Source of the DNA: a bacterium
GTDB lineage: Bacteria; Krumholzibacteriota; Krumholzibacteriia; LZORAL124-64-63
Direction: 5' to 3'
DNA length: 64,000 nt
Assembly (NCBI GenBank): GCA_031441465.1
Contig: JANOEP010000010.1
Location: 167,986-231,985 of the forward strand
Below are positions 44,594 to 52,935 of the stretch, one piece after another. Under the pieces are notes generated by a model, which was not told where the DNA came from, searched no databases, and was given only the letters and a program-made list of their open reading frames with translations. Numbering within the stretch: position 1 is the stretch's first letter; every line of letters starts with the position of its first letter. The translations under genes and the position numbers were made by a program.

Positions 44594-45382
44594 CTAGTCG
44601 CCGAGCAACAGGTACATCGCCACACCCAGGGGCAGGCAGTAGCACGAGAGCTTCCAGAAGTGCCGCCGGACGACCAGCGACGCCGTCACCCGGATCGCGA
44701 CCATCCCGACCAGGCAGGCCACGACGGCCCCGACCGCCAGCGCGGCCGGCCCGGCCCGGCCCCGCAGCCCCCCATCGAGAACATTCAGGACCAGCGAACC
44801 GATGAGCGCCGGCGCCGCGAGCAGGAAGCTGAAGCGCGCTGCCTCGTCACGCGGCAGCCCGAGCCAGAGCGAGGCGGCGATGGCCGAGCCCGGGCGGCTG
44901 AGGCCCGGTGCGAGGGCCACCGCTTGGGCGCAGCCGATGAGCAGGGCTTTCGGGAGCGGCGGCGGCACGGGGTGCCAGTCGCCCGGCACCCGGCGGATCT
45001 CGCTGCGGGCGGCGCGGGTCGACAGCAGGATCAGGCCGGTGGCCACCATGGCGCCGGCCGTGAGCCGCGGGTCGGTGAACCAAGCGTCGATCCGGTGCCT
45101 CAGCAGCAGGCCCACCCCGACCACGGGCAGGGTGCCGACGACCAGCGCCACGAGGTACTGGACAGCGGCCGCGTCGAAGCTCAGCAGGCGCCGGACCTCC
45201 CGCCGGTAGACCGCGAGCACGGCGACGACCGTGCCGCCGTGGAGGATCGCGACCAGCGCGAGGTCGGGCTCGAAAGCAGGCAGGAAGTGCCGGACCAGGA
45301 CCAGATGTCCGGAACTGCTCACCGGCAGGAACTCGGTGAGCCCCAGCACCACGGCCAGCAGGATCACTTGCAGGAAATCCAC
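44594..45382 (-). CDS. uppP: Undecaprenyl-diphosphate phosphatase (BacA/UppP)
   Basis: GLTEFLPVSSSGH, PGLSRPG, AARFSFLL. Confidence 0.88.
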   Translation of the reverse strand: MDFLQVILLAVVLGLTEFLPVSSSGHLVLVRHFLPAFEPDLALVAILHGGTVVAVLAVYRREVRRLLSFDAAAVQYLVALVVGTLPVVGVGLLLRHRIDAWFTDPRLTAGAMVATGLILLSTRAARSEIRRVPGDWHPVPPPLPKALLIGCAQAVALAPGLSRPGSAIAASLWLGLPRDEAARFSFLLAAPALIGSLVLNVLDGGLRGRAGPAALAVGAVVACLVGMVAIRVTASLVVRRHFWKLSCYCLPLGVAMYLLLGD

Positions 45383-45395
45383 GGGGTACCTCGCG

Positions 45396-46283
45396 TCAGC
45401 GTTCCTGGCGGGCCAGACGGTAGTGCTTGCGAGCTTCTTGGCGCATCAGGAGGGCGTCGTAGGTCAATGCCAGCTGATAGTGCAGGCGCCCATCGTCGGG
45501 GAAGGCGTCCAGGGCCCGCAGCAGGGAGGCCAGGGACTCCTCGTGCTTCTCCAACTTGCGCAGGCAGGTACCGAGGTGGAAATGGGCGCGGACGAGGCGA
45601 CCGTCCTGCTCCAGGGTCCTGCGGAAGCGGTCGGCCGCTTCGCGGTACAAGCCCTTTTTCTGCAGTACGATTCCTGTAAAATATTGTGCTGAAGATGATT
45701 CAGGGGACATTTTGAGACTTTGCTCGAAACATGCGAGGGCTTCGTCGTAAGCGTCGTCGCGGAAATGCACCATCCCGAGATTCAGGTAGCCCTCGGCGTC
45801 GGGGCGGGCGCGGATGGCGGCCTCGAAACAGCGCACGGCGTCGCGGGGACGGCCTTCCTCGGCGTAGAGGGCACCGAGGTTGTGGTGCGCGTCGGCGTTG
45901 TCGTGGTCCGCGGCGATCGCCCGCAGGTACATCTGCATGGCCTCGGCGCGCCGTCCCAGCTCGTCGAGCACGGTGCCGAGGTTGGTCAGGGCGCGGCTGT
46001 CCTCCCCACCCAGGTCGACGGCCTTGCGGAACGCTTCGTGCGCCCCGTCGAGGTCTCCCAGCTTGCGCTGCACGCAGCCGAGACGGTAGCACCACTCGGA
46101 CTGCCCGGGCGAACCCGCGAGCGCCTCCCGGTAGGCGGCCAGCGCCTCACCGAACGCGCCCTGCTGCTCGGCCGAGCGGCCGCGGGCGAAGGCCTCGACG
46201 GCGCGGGCGTCGACGGCGTGGTGGCCGGCGACGTTGTGACCGGCGGCGGCCGGCCGATGGCTGTCCTGGTCCCGATTCGACAT
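45396..46283 (-). CDS. Tetratricopeptide repeat protein
   Basis: About 7-8 TPR units (ALTNLG, AHHNLG, GYLNLG, AHFHLG). Confidence 0.88.
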   Translation of the reverse strand: MSNRDQDSHRPAAAGHNVAGHHAVDARAVEAFARGRSAEQQGAFGEALAAYREALAGSPGQSEWCYRLGCVQRKLGDLDGAHEAFRKAVDLGGEDSRALTNLGTVLDELGRRAEAMQMYLRAIAADHDNADAHHNLGALYAEEGRPRDAVRCFEAAIRARPDAEGYLNLGMVHFRDDAYDEALACFEQSLKMSPESSSAQYFTGIVLQKKGLYREAADRFRRTLEQDGRLVRAHFHLGTCLRKLEKHEESLASLLRALDAFPDDGRLHYQLALTYDALLMRQEARKHYRLARQER

Positions 46284-46339
46284 GGGCGCAGACTAGAACC
46301 CAGCACGACCCGGGTCAACGAATTGTTCGCCCCCGGGCA

Positions 46340-46366
46340 TCAAGATCCGGCTGCGCATGCCGATGA
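46340..46366 (+). promoter_or_regulatory. Putative sigma28 (FliA/WhiG)-like promoter
   Basis: TCAAG-N14-GCCGATGA, 55 nt upstream of the ATG at 46422. Confidence 0.6.
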
Positions 46367-46421
46367 TCCGGACACACCCGGCCGTCCGCCGGCGCGAGGC
46401 CCCCCCCATCCGGAGCGTGCG

Positions 46422-46862
46422 ATGACCGTGACCAACACCGACCGCATCCTCAAGGACATGTTCACCCGCCTGCTCCACCAAGAGCTGGGCCACGAGCACG
46501 TCGAGCGGCTCGTGCCCGTCGTCGACGGCGTCCTGGAGCGCCTGCAGGGGAGCTACGCCCCCGACACCGTCCAGGGCCAGAACATGCTGCGCGCCCTGCT
46601 CTGCTCGATGGTCGCCCACGGCTGGGGGCTCGGCATGCACCCGCACAACAACCCCTCGCTGGATCTCGACGGACGCCCCCTGGAGGTGAGCGTCTGCAAG
46701 GACATCCTGCTGCCGATGGAGGATCTGAAATCGCTGCGCTACATCAAGAAGGACGCCGACGGCCGCGTGAAGAAGGCGTTGTTCGAGCCCGACCAGAACC
46801 AGCGCATCCGGCAGCACATCGACGCCATCCTGTCGGACGTCAGCCAGCGCTGGGACGAGTGA
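46422..46862 (+). CDS. Hypothetical protein (146 aa)
   Basis: GGAG RBS, typical GC3-rich codon usage, globular composition; family not recognised. Confidence 0.8.
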   Translation: MTVTNTDRILKDMFTRLLHQELGHEHVERLVPVVDGVLERLQGSYAPDTVQGQNMLRALLCSMVAHGWGLGMHPHNNPSLDLDGRPLEVSVCKDILLPMEDLKSLRYIKKDADGRVKKALFEPDQNQRIRQHIDAILSDVSQRWDE

Positions 46863-46890
46863 GGCCGCACGGCACCCACCGAACGCTTGG

Positions 46891-47325
46891 TCAGGGGCCT
46901 GCGGGCCCCTGTCGCGTTCCCGGCGATCCGCCGGGGACGACGGGCTCGCCCACGCCCAGCAGTGCCGCGAGCGCTTCGCGGAAAACCGGCGCGAGGCGGG
47001 CGGGGTCGTCGCCGGCGAGTTCCAGCAGCAGCCGCCACGCCGCGGCGATCTCCGGCACGAATTCCTCGAGGAGCCGGCCCCGTTCCAGGGCCGCGCGCCG
47101 CCGCTCGCCATGGTACACGACGATGTCGGAGACCAGAGCGCGCGCCAGCCGGTCGGACCAGGCGGCCGCGACGGTGTCCGTCGCGGGCGCCTCGGGCCGG
47201 CGGGGGTCCGGATCGAGCCGGAACCCGCGTCCGCACGTCGGGCAGATCAGGCGCAACGGACGGCGCGGCGCCTGGTTCGCCGGCACGGCGTAGTCGGTTC
47301 GGCAACTGGGGCAGGTGACGCGCAA
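46891..47325 (-). CDS. MJ0042-type zinc-ribbon protein with C-terminal RomX-like helical domain
   Basis: CPSC...CPTC; RLARALVSDIVVYH; GGAGG RBS with TTG start. Confidence 0.75.
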   Translation of the reverse strand: MRVTCPSCRTDYAVPANQAPRRPLRLICPTCGRGFRLDPDPRRPEAPATDTVAAAWSDRLARALVSDIVVYHGERRRAALERGRLLEEFVPEIAAAWRLLLELAGDDPARLAPVFREALAALLGVGEPVVPGGSPGTRQGPAGP

Positions 47326-47356
47326 GAAAACCTCCGGGGACGAGGGGCACCCCGGT

Positions 47357-47383
47357 TCATCGGCAGCGGTCGGCCGGGCTTGA
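47357..47383 (-). promoter_or_regulatory. Putative sigma28 (FliA/WhiG)-like promoter
   Basis: Minus strand TCAAG-N14-GCCGATGA, 31 nt upstream of the start at 47325. Confidence 0.6.
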
Positions 47384-47395
47384 CCATCGGACGCG

Positions 47396-49480
47396 TCAGC
47401 CGGCCGCGGTCAGGGCGAGGTAGCGGCCGAAGCCGGCGGCCAGCGCCCCCCGCAGGGGCGCGAGACCGGGACCGCTGAGTCGGGGGTCGGCCGTCAGCAG
47501 GCGCGCGGCGTCGCCGGCGGCCAGGGCGACCACGGCCTGGTCGCGCAGCGGGTTGGCCAGCAGGAAGGCCGGCGTGCCGTGCTGGCGCACGCCGAGCACG
47601 TCGCCGGGCCCGCGTTGGCGCAGGTCCTCCTCGGCCAGGCGGAACCCATCCTGGACGGCGCAGAAGACCTGCAGGCGCTCGGCGGCGTCGGGGGCCAGCC
47701 AGCGGTCGAGCACGAGGTCGCAGCGCGAGGCCAGGTCCGAGCGGCCGATGCGGCCGCGCAGCTGGTGCAACTGAGCCAGCCCGAAACGCTCCGGATGGTG
47801 GATGACCATCGCGGTGGCCTGGGGCACGTCGATCCCCACCTCGACCACCGACGTGGCGACGAGCACCTCCAGTTCCCCGGACACGAAGCCGGCCATGACG
47901 GCCTGCTTGTCGCGCGGCCGCATCCGGCCGTGCAGCAGGCCGACGCGATGGTCGCGGAAGGGGCCCGCGGCGAGCAGCTCGTACTCGGCCTCGGCCGAGC
48001 GCAGGTCCTGGCCGGCGGTCTCCTCGATCACCGGGTAGATCACGAAAGCCCGCTCGCCGACGCGCAGACGATCCCGGATCCCGGCGTAGCAGGAGTCCAG
48101 GTCGGCGGCAGCCACGGTCCCGGTCGCGACGGGCCGGCGTCCCGCGGGCATCTCGTCCAGGATGGACAGGTCGAGGTCGCCGTAGAGGGTCAGCGCCAGA
48201 CTGCGCGGGATCGGGGTCGCGCTCATCACCAGCACGTGCGGCGCGATCTCGTCGCCGGTGCGGCCGGCGCGCCCGCGCTGGCGCACGCCGAAGCGGTGCT
48301 GTTCGTCCACGATCGCCAGGCCGAGCCGCGGCAGCTCCACGCCGTCCTGCACCAGGGCGTGCGTGCCGACGAGCAGGTCGATCTCGCCCGCCCCGGCGGC
48401 CCGCAAGATCTCGCGGCGCTCCTTCGCGGGGGTCGAGCCGGTCAAGGTCGCCGTGCTCACGCCCAAGGGCTCGCAGAGGCGACGGCAGACGTCGCCGTGC
48501 TGGTGAGCCAGCACCTCGGTGGGCGCCATCAGCAGCGCCTGGTGGTGCTGCTCGATCACGAACAGCGCGCCCAGCAACGCGACCAGCGTCTTGCCGCTGC
48601 CCACATCGCCCTGCAGGAGCCGGTGCATGACCCGGCCGCTGCGCAGGTCGCGCAGGATCTCGGCGGCGACCCGCCGCTGTGCCCGGGTGAGCTGGAACGG
48701 CAACTGCGCGACCAGCCGGGCGGTCAGGTCGCCCGGCGGCCCCAGGCGCAGTCCGGGCCGCTCCCCGAAATCCCGCCGCCGGCAGGCCAGCGCCAGTTGG
48801 ATCAGGAAGATCTCCTCGTAGACCAACCTGGTGCGGGCCGCCTCCAGGTCCCGGTGATCGGCGGGGAAATGGATCCCGCACAGGGCCTCACGCAGACCGA
48901 CCAGGACGCGCTCGCCCCGGATCGTCTCGGGTAGGGTCTCCTCGAATCGGTCCTGGACGGCCGCCAGCGTTTCGTGGACCAGCCGGCGCAACCAGTGCTG
49001 GCCCACGCCCGTGGTCAGGGGATAGATCGGCACCAACCTGCCGGTGTGGAGGGTCTCGCCGCCTTCTTCGAGCAACTCGTAATCGGGATGGACCATCTGC
49101 AAGCGGTGGTTGTAGATCTGGGCCCGGCCGCCGAGGAGGATCTCCAGACCGGGGCGGAACTGGCGCAGCAGGTAGGACTGGCCGAACCACTGGCAGAAGA
49201 CCGTGCCGCCGGCATCGGCGACGGCGACCGTCTGCACGGTCCGCCCCTGCCGCGACCGTCGCTCCCCGGTGGTCAGCACACGCCCGAGGATCGTGGCCTC
49301 GTCGCCGGCCCGCAGGTCGCGGATCGGCGTGACCCGGCTGCGGTCCAGATGCGTCCGCGGGTAATGCCGCAGCAGGTCGGCCACGGTGACGATCCCGAGG
49401 CGGGCGAGGGCCTGCGCCCGCACCGGGCCAACGCCCTTGAGGAACTGGACCGGGCTGTCCCAGACGATCGCCGTCGGCAC
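47396..49480 (-). CDS. recG: ATP-dependent DNA helicase RecG
   Basis: [36 protein letters not shown]. Confidence 0.97.
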   Translation of the reverse strand: MPTAIVWDSPVQFLKGVGPVRAQALARLGIVTVADLLRHYPRTHLDRSRVTPIRDLRAGDEATILGRVLTTGERRSRQGRTVQTVAVADAGGTVFCQWFGQSYLLRQFRPGLEILLGGRAQIYNHRLQMVHPDYELLEEGGETLHTGRLVPIYPLTTGVGQHWLRRLVHETLAAVQDRFEETLPETIRGERVLVGLREALCGIHFPADHRDLEAARTRLVYEEIFLIQLALACRRRDFGERPGLRLGPPGDLTARLVAQLPFQLTRAQRRVAAEILRDLRSGRVMHRLLQGDVGSGKTLVALLGALFVIEQHHQALLMAPTEVLAHQHGDVCRRLCEPLGVSTATLTGSTPAKERREILRAAGAGEIDLLVGTHALVQDGVELPRLGLAIVDEQHRFGVRQRGRAGRTGDEIAPHVLVMSATPIPRSLALTLYGDLDLSILDEMPAGRRPVATGTVAAADLDSCYAGIRDRLRVGERAFVIYPVIEETAGQDLRSAEAEYELLAAGPFRDHRVGLLHGRMRPRDKQAVMAGFVSGELEVLVATSVVEVGIDVPQATAMVIHHPERFGLAQLHQLRGRIGRSDLASRCDLVLDRWLAPDAAERLQVFCAVQDGFRLAEEDLRQRGPGDVLGVRQHGTPAFLLANPLRDQAVVALAAGDAARLLTADPRLSGPGLAPLRGALAAGFGRYLALTAAG

Positions 49481-49508
49481 GGGGGGCCTTTCGGACGGGG
49501 GAATTTCC

Positions 49509-49537
49509 TTGCGATGGCGCGCAGCCGATGTTAAATT
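49509..49537 (+). promoter_or_regulatory. sigma70-type promoter of rpmB
   Basis: TTGCGA-N17-TAAATT. Confidence 0.6.
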
Positions 49538-49578
49538 CCCGAGTCCGCGATTGCAAGTACCCCAGGAGGACGAGCGCC

Positions 49579-49770
49579 ATGAGCAGGAAATGCGAGATTT
49601 GCAGCAAGGGCCCCCAGTACGGCAACCGGGTCAGCCATGCTCACAACACGTCGCGCCATCGCTGGTTGCCCAATCTGCAGCGAATCAAGTTCGAGCAGAA
49701 CGGCACGGTTCGACGGGGCTACGTCTGCACGCGCTGCATCAAGGCCGGCGCCGTGCGCAAAGTGGTCTGA
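49579..49770 (+). CDS. rpmB: 50S ribosomal protein L28
   Basis: [23 protein letters not shown]...WLPNLQ...[15 protein letters not shown]. Confidence 0.97.
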   Translation: MSRKCEICSKGPQYGNRVSHAHNTSRHRWLPNLQRIKFEQNGTVRRGYVCTRCIKAGAVRKVV

Positions 49771-49782
49771 GCCGCCGATCGA

Positions 49783-51234
49783 TCAGCGAAGCCGCTTGAA
49801 GATGTGGACCAGCCCTCCCGACGCGACGGGGGGGCTGATCTGTTGCGGGGTCAGCGCCGCCACCGCCGTGCGCAGGGGCTCCGCCATCTGCCGCGGGTCG
49901 AGCCAGCCGATTTCCCCCCCGGTCGCCGCCGCCGCGCCGACGCTGTACGACGTCGCCAGGGCGGCGAAGTCCACGCCGGCCGCGATTTCCCCCCGCACCA
50001 GACTCGCCGCGTCGTCGTCGGGCAAGGCGATGTGCAGCAGCAGGACCTGACCCGCGGCGACCAGGGCGGACTCGCGCCGCCGGCGGGCCTGCACCTCCTC
50101 GCGCCAGGTCCCGAGCTTGGCCGCGTTCCCGACGCCGTCGGCGAGCATGCTCACGAGTTCGTTCAACAGCCGCCCGTCGTCGCTGAGACGCTCCAGCAGG
50201 CGCGCCTTCAGCAGCCGCGCCTCCACCACGCGCGGTCCCAGCTGGCAGGCCCGCGTCGCCTCGAGCAGGGCTTCGGCCAACCGGCTGCGGCCTTCCAGAT
50301 GGAGGGCGAAGTTGAAGTGTCCGATGGGATCGTCGGGAGCGCCGGCGACGTAGCGGCGGAACTCGGCGTCGGCCTCCTCGTGGCGTCCCAGCAGTTCCAG
50401 GGTGTTGGCCAGATGGAACCGCGAAGCCGCCTGGCCCGCATCCCGCGCGAGGGCGGTCCGCAGCACGCTTTCGGCCTGCTGGTAACGCCGGGCGGCGAAG
50501 TAGGCCTCGCCGAGCACGGCCCAGGAAGCGGCGCTGTCGTCGCGGCGGACGGTCTCGAGTCCGATGGTCACGGCGTACGCCGTGTCGCCGGCCATGATGC
50601 TCAGTTCGACGGCGCTGCGCAGATCGACCGGCGTCGGGGAGCCGTAGGAGAGCGCGTCGGCCCAGTGAGCCAGCGCCTGGCGCCACAGGGCGCGCTTCTG
50701 GGCGATGCGCGAGAGGGTCTTGTGGACGGTCGGCGTACCGCCGGTCACGCGCACCAGCTGCGTGAACAACCCGTAGGCCCGTTGCTCCTCGCCCTGTTCC
50801 AGCAGCAGGCGGGCCATGGCTTCCAGCAGGCCGGGGTGCTCCGCGCCGACGGCGAGCCCCTGTTCCCACTGCGACCGCGCCGCTTCGAGATCGCCGGCGG
50901 CGAGCAGGGCGCGCCCGTACCAGTAGCGGGCGTCGGGTGAATCGGGGTGATCGCCGGCGGCGCGGGCGCCCCAGTCCAGCGCGTCCTGGACCCGGCCGTC
51001 CTCCAGGGTCAGGACCGCGAGGGCGACGAGAACCGCCACGTCGACGTCGGGGTCCTGCGCACAGGCGGCGAGCCCCGGCTCGGCGGCCTGTCGTTGGCCC
51101 GCCTGGTACAGGACGAGCGGTTCGGCGCAAGCCGCGGCGGGCCCGCCGCCCGCAGCCCGGTCACCCGGGGGCGTCGGTTGCGCGGCGGCGACGGCGGCGC
51201 TCAGCAACATCAGCAGCGGGACGAGATGCTTCAC
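49783..51234 (-). CDS. Secreted TPR protein with C-terminal parvulin-like PPIase domain
   Basis: Signal peptide, TPR units, FAALATSYS...GGEIGW...ISPPV...HIFKR. Confidence 0.8.
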   Translation of the reverse strand: MKHLVPLLMLLSAAVAAAQPTPPGDRAAGGGPAAACAEPLVLYQAGQRQAAEPGLAACAQDPDVDVAVLVALAVLTLEDGRVQDALDWGARAAGDHPDSPDARYWYGRALLAAGDLEAARSQWEQGLAVGAEHPGLLEAMARLLLEQGEEQRAYGLFTQLVRVTGGTPTVHKTLSRIAQKRALWRQALAHWADALSYGSPTPVDLRSAVELSIMAGDTAYAVTIGLETVRRDDSAASWAVLGEAYFAARRYQQAESVLRTALARDAGQAASRFHLANTLELLGRHEEADAEFRRYVAGAPDDPIGHFNFALHLEGRSRLAEALLEATRACQLGPRVVEARLLKARLLERLSDDGRLLNELVSMLADGVGNAAKLGTWREEVQARRRRESALVAAGQVLLLHIALPDDDAASLVRGEIAAGVDFAALATSYSVGAAAATGGEIGWLDPRQMAEPLRTAVAALTPQQISPPVASGGLVHIFKRLR

Positions 51235-51284
51235 GCGCGACTCCGATCGGCGACTGCGGCGGGACCGTCCGGCGTGACGCCGGT

Positions 51285-52934
51285 TCAGCCGATCCAACGT
51301 CGGATGGGATCGAGCCAGAAGGAAGGATCGAGCCACGTCCAACGCAGATCCTCGGGGGCAAGTTCCCGGCGACGGCGCAGCAGACCCATGGCCTGGGTGC
51401 TCCGTTCCTGCCGGTGCAGCAGCCCGAGCCGCTCCTGGAGCAGGGTGTCGGACACGGCGTCGGGCGTGAATCCCTCGCCCGAATCGTCCAGGACCAGGTA
51501 AGCCTGCACCAGCAGGGCGGCGAGCGGTTCGACCGCCTCTCCCTCTTCGGCGAGCCCGCGCAGCAGCGGCAAGGCCGTGATCCAGTCACCGGCCGAAGTC
51601 CGGGCTCGCGCCTGCAGCAGGCGCCAAGCGGGTTCGGCGGCGACGGCGGCCGGGAAGTCCGCCGGCGTGAGCGTGCCTCCCTGCGCCAGCCTCAAGTGCA
51701 GCGACAGATAGTTTCGCCGCGGATCCGGCAGGGTCTGGTCCGGTTGCGGCCACTGCTCCAGCAGCTTGCTCAGCCGTTCCCAGCGCCGCGCCGCCAGCAG
51801 GTGGCAGCCCAGGAAGTGGTGGTAGTCGGCGTCGAGGAACCATTTTTCGCAGAGGTCTTCGAGACGGCGGCAGGCCTCGCCCTCGCGCCCGTCGAGTTCA
51901 TCTGCGGCCGCCAGCAACAGTTCCGCCATGGGGAACGAGGCCGCGAGGTCGTGCCAGGGGCGCAGGGCGGCACGAGCTTCGTCGCGGCGTCCGGTCAGCA
52001 GCGCCAGCGACGCGTTCAGGTAGGCGCAGAAGAGCGCCTCCCCGGGGTGGCCGACGATGGGATCGGTCAGCTCGTCCTGGGCGAGGATCACCTCGCGCGC
52101 GTCCCGGAAACGGTGCTGGTCGGCGAGGATCAAGGCCTTGAGATGGGCCGCCGTGCGGTAGCGGGGATTGAGGTGCAGGGCTTGGTCGACTTCCACGAGC
52201 GCTTCGGTGTTGCGGCCGGTCTGGAACAGCGCCGCCGCCAGACGGACACGGTGGTCGGGGTAGGTGGGGTTCGCCGCGCAGAGTTCGCGCATGCAGACGA
52301 TGCCCTCGTCCCAGTCGCCGGATCGGCAGGTCTCGACGGCCGCGCGGACCCGGTCTCCGTCGCGGGCGGCGTCCGCTGCTTCCCGCAGCAACACGAGCAG
52401 GTTGCCGGGGAGGTTGGCCGCGGTGAAGCGACCGGTCCCCGCGAGGTGGCGGATCAGCGGGTGCTCGACACGCCGGCCGCTGGCCAGCAACTCGTTCAGG
52501 CTGGCCGCAGCCCGGTCGGCATCGCCCAGGCTGCCCAGCGCGCTCGCCTCGAGCAGCCGTCCCTCGACGTAGTCGGCGTTGTAATGCAGGGCGGTCCGCG
52601 CTGCGTCCAGCGCCTCCTCCCAGCGGGCCGTCGAAGCGAGCGCGACGCCTTGCCAGAAGTGCAGGTCCGGGTAGGTCGGCCAGCGCTCGGCGGCTTCGGT
52701 GAACAGCGGCACCGCGCCGGCCGGGTCGCCGGCGCTCACCAGTTGCCGCCCCAGTTGGGTCAGGCACTGTCGCAGGTGGAAATCGGTGAGGGGGGCGGCC
52801 TTCCCGTCCCGGCGGGCGTCGGCTTCGCGCAGCAGGGGCAGGGCTTCGGCAAATCGGCCCTGCTCACAAAGCGCAACGCCGGAGCGATGCGTGTCATCAC
52901 TCCGGCGTCCCCACCATTTGCCCCACAGCGGCAT
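51285..52934 (-). CDS. Tetratricopeptide repeat protein
   Basis: Repeated PTYPD-type TPR units; starts 1 nt after the ftsZ stop. Confidence 0.8.
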   Translation of the reverse strand: MPLWGKWWGRRSDDTHRSGVALCEQGRFAEALPLLREADARRDGKAAPLTDFHLRQCLTQLGRQLVSAGDPAGAVPLFTEAAERWPTYPDLHFWQGVALASTARWEEALDAARTALHYNADYVEGRLLEASALGSLGDADRAAASLNELLASGRRVEHPLIRHLAGTGRFTAANLPGNLLVLLREAADAARDGDRVRAAVETCRSGDWDEGIVCMRELCAANPTYPDHRVRLAAALFQTGRNTEALVEVDQALHLNPRYRTAAHLKALILADQHRFRDAREVILAQDELTDPIVGHPGEALFCAYLNASLALLTGRRDEARAALRPWHDLAASFPMAELLLAAADELDGREGEACRRLEDLCEKWFLDADYHHFLGCHLLAARRWERLSKLLEQWPQPDQTLPDPRRNYLSLHLRLAQGGTLTPADFPAAVAAEPAWRLLQARARTSAGDWITALPLLRGLAEEGEAVEPLAALLVQAYLVLDDSGEGFTPDAVSDTLLQERLGLLHRQERSTQAMGLLRRRRELAPEDLRWTWLDPSFWLDPIRRWIG

Positions 52935-52935
52935 T

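Noticed and set aside
45655..45730. AT-richer patch inside the TPR gene as a foreign insertion
   Set aside because: It stays in frame and encodes a normal TPR unit, with no flanking repeats.
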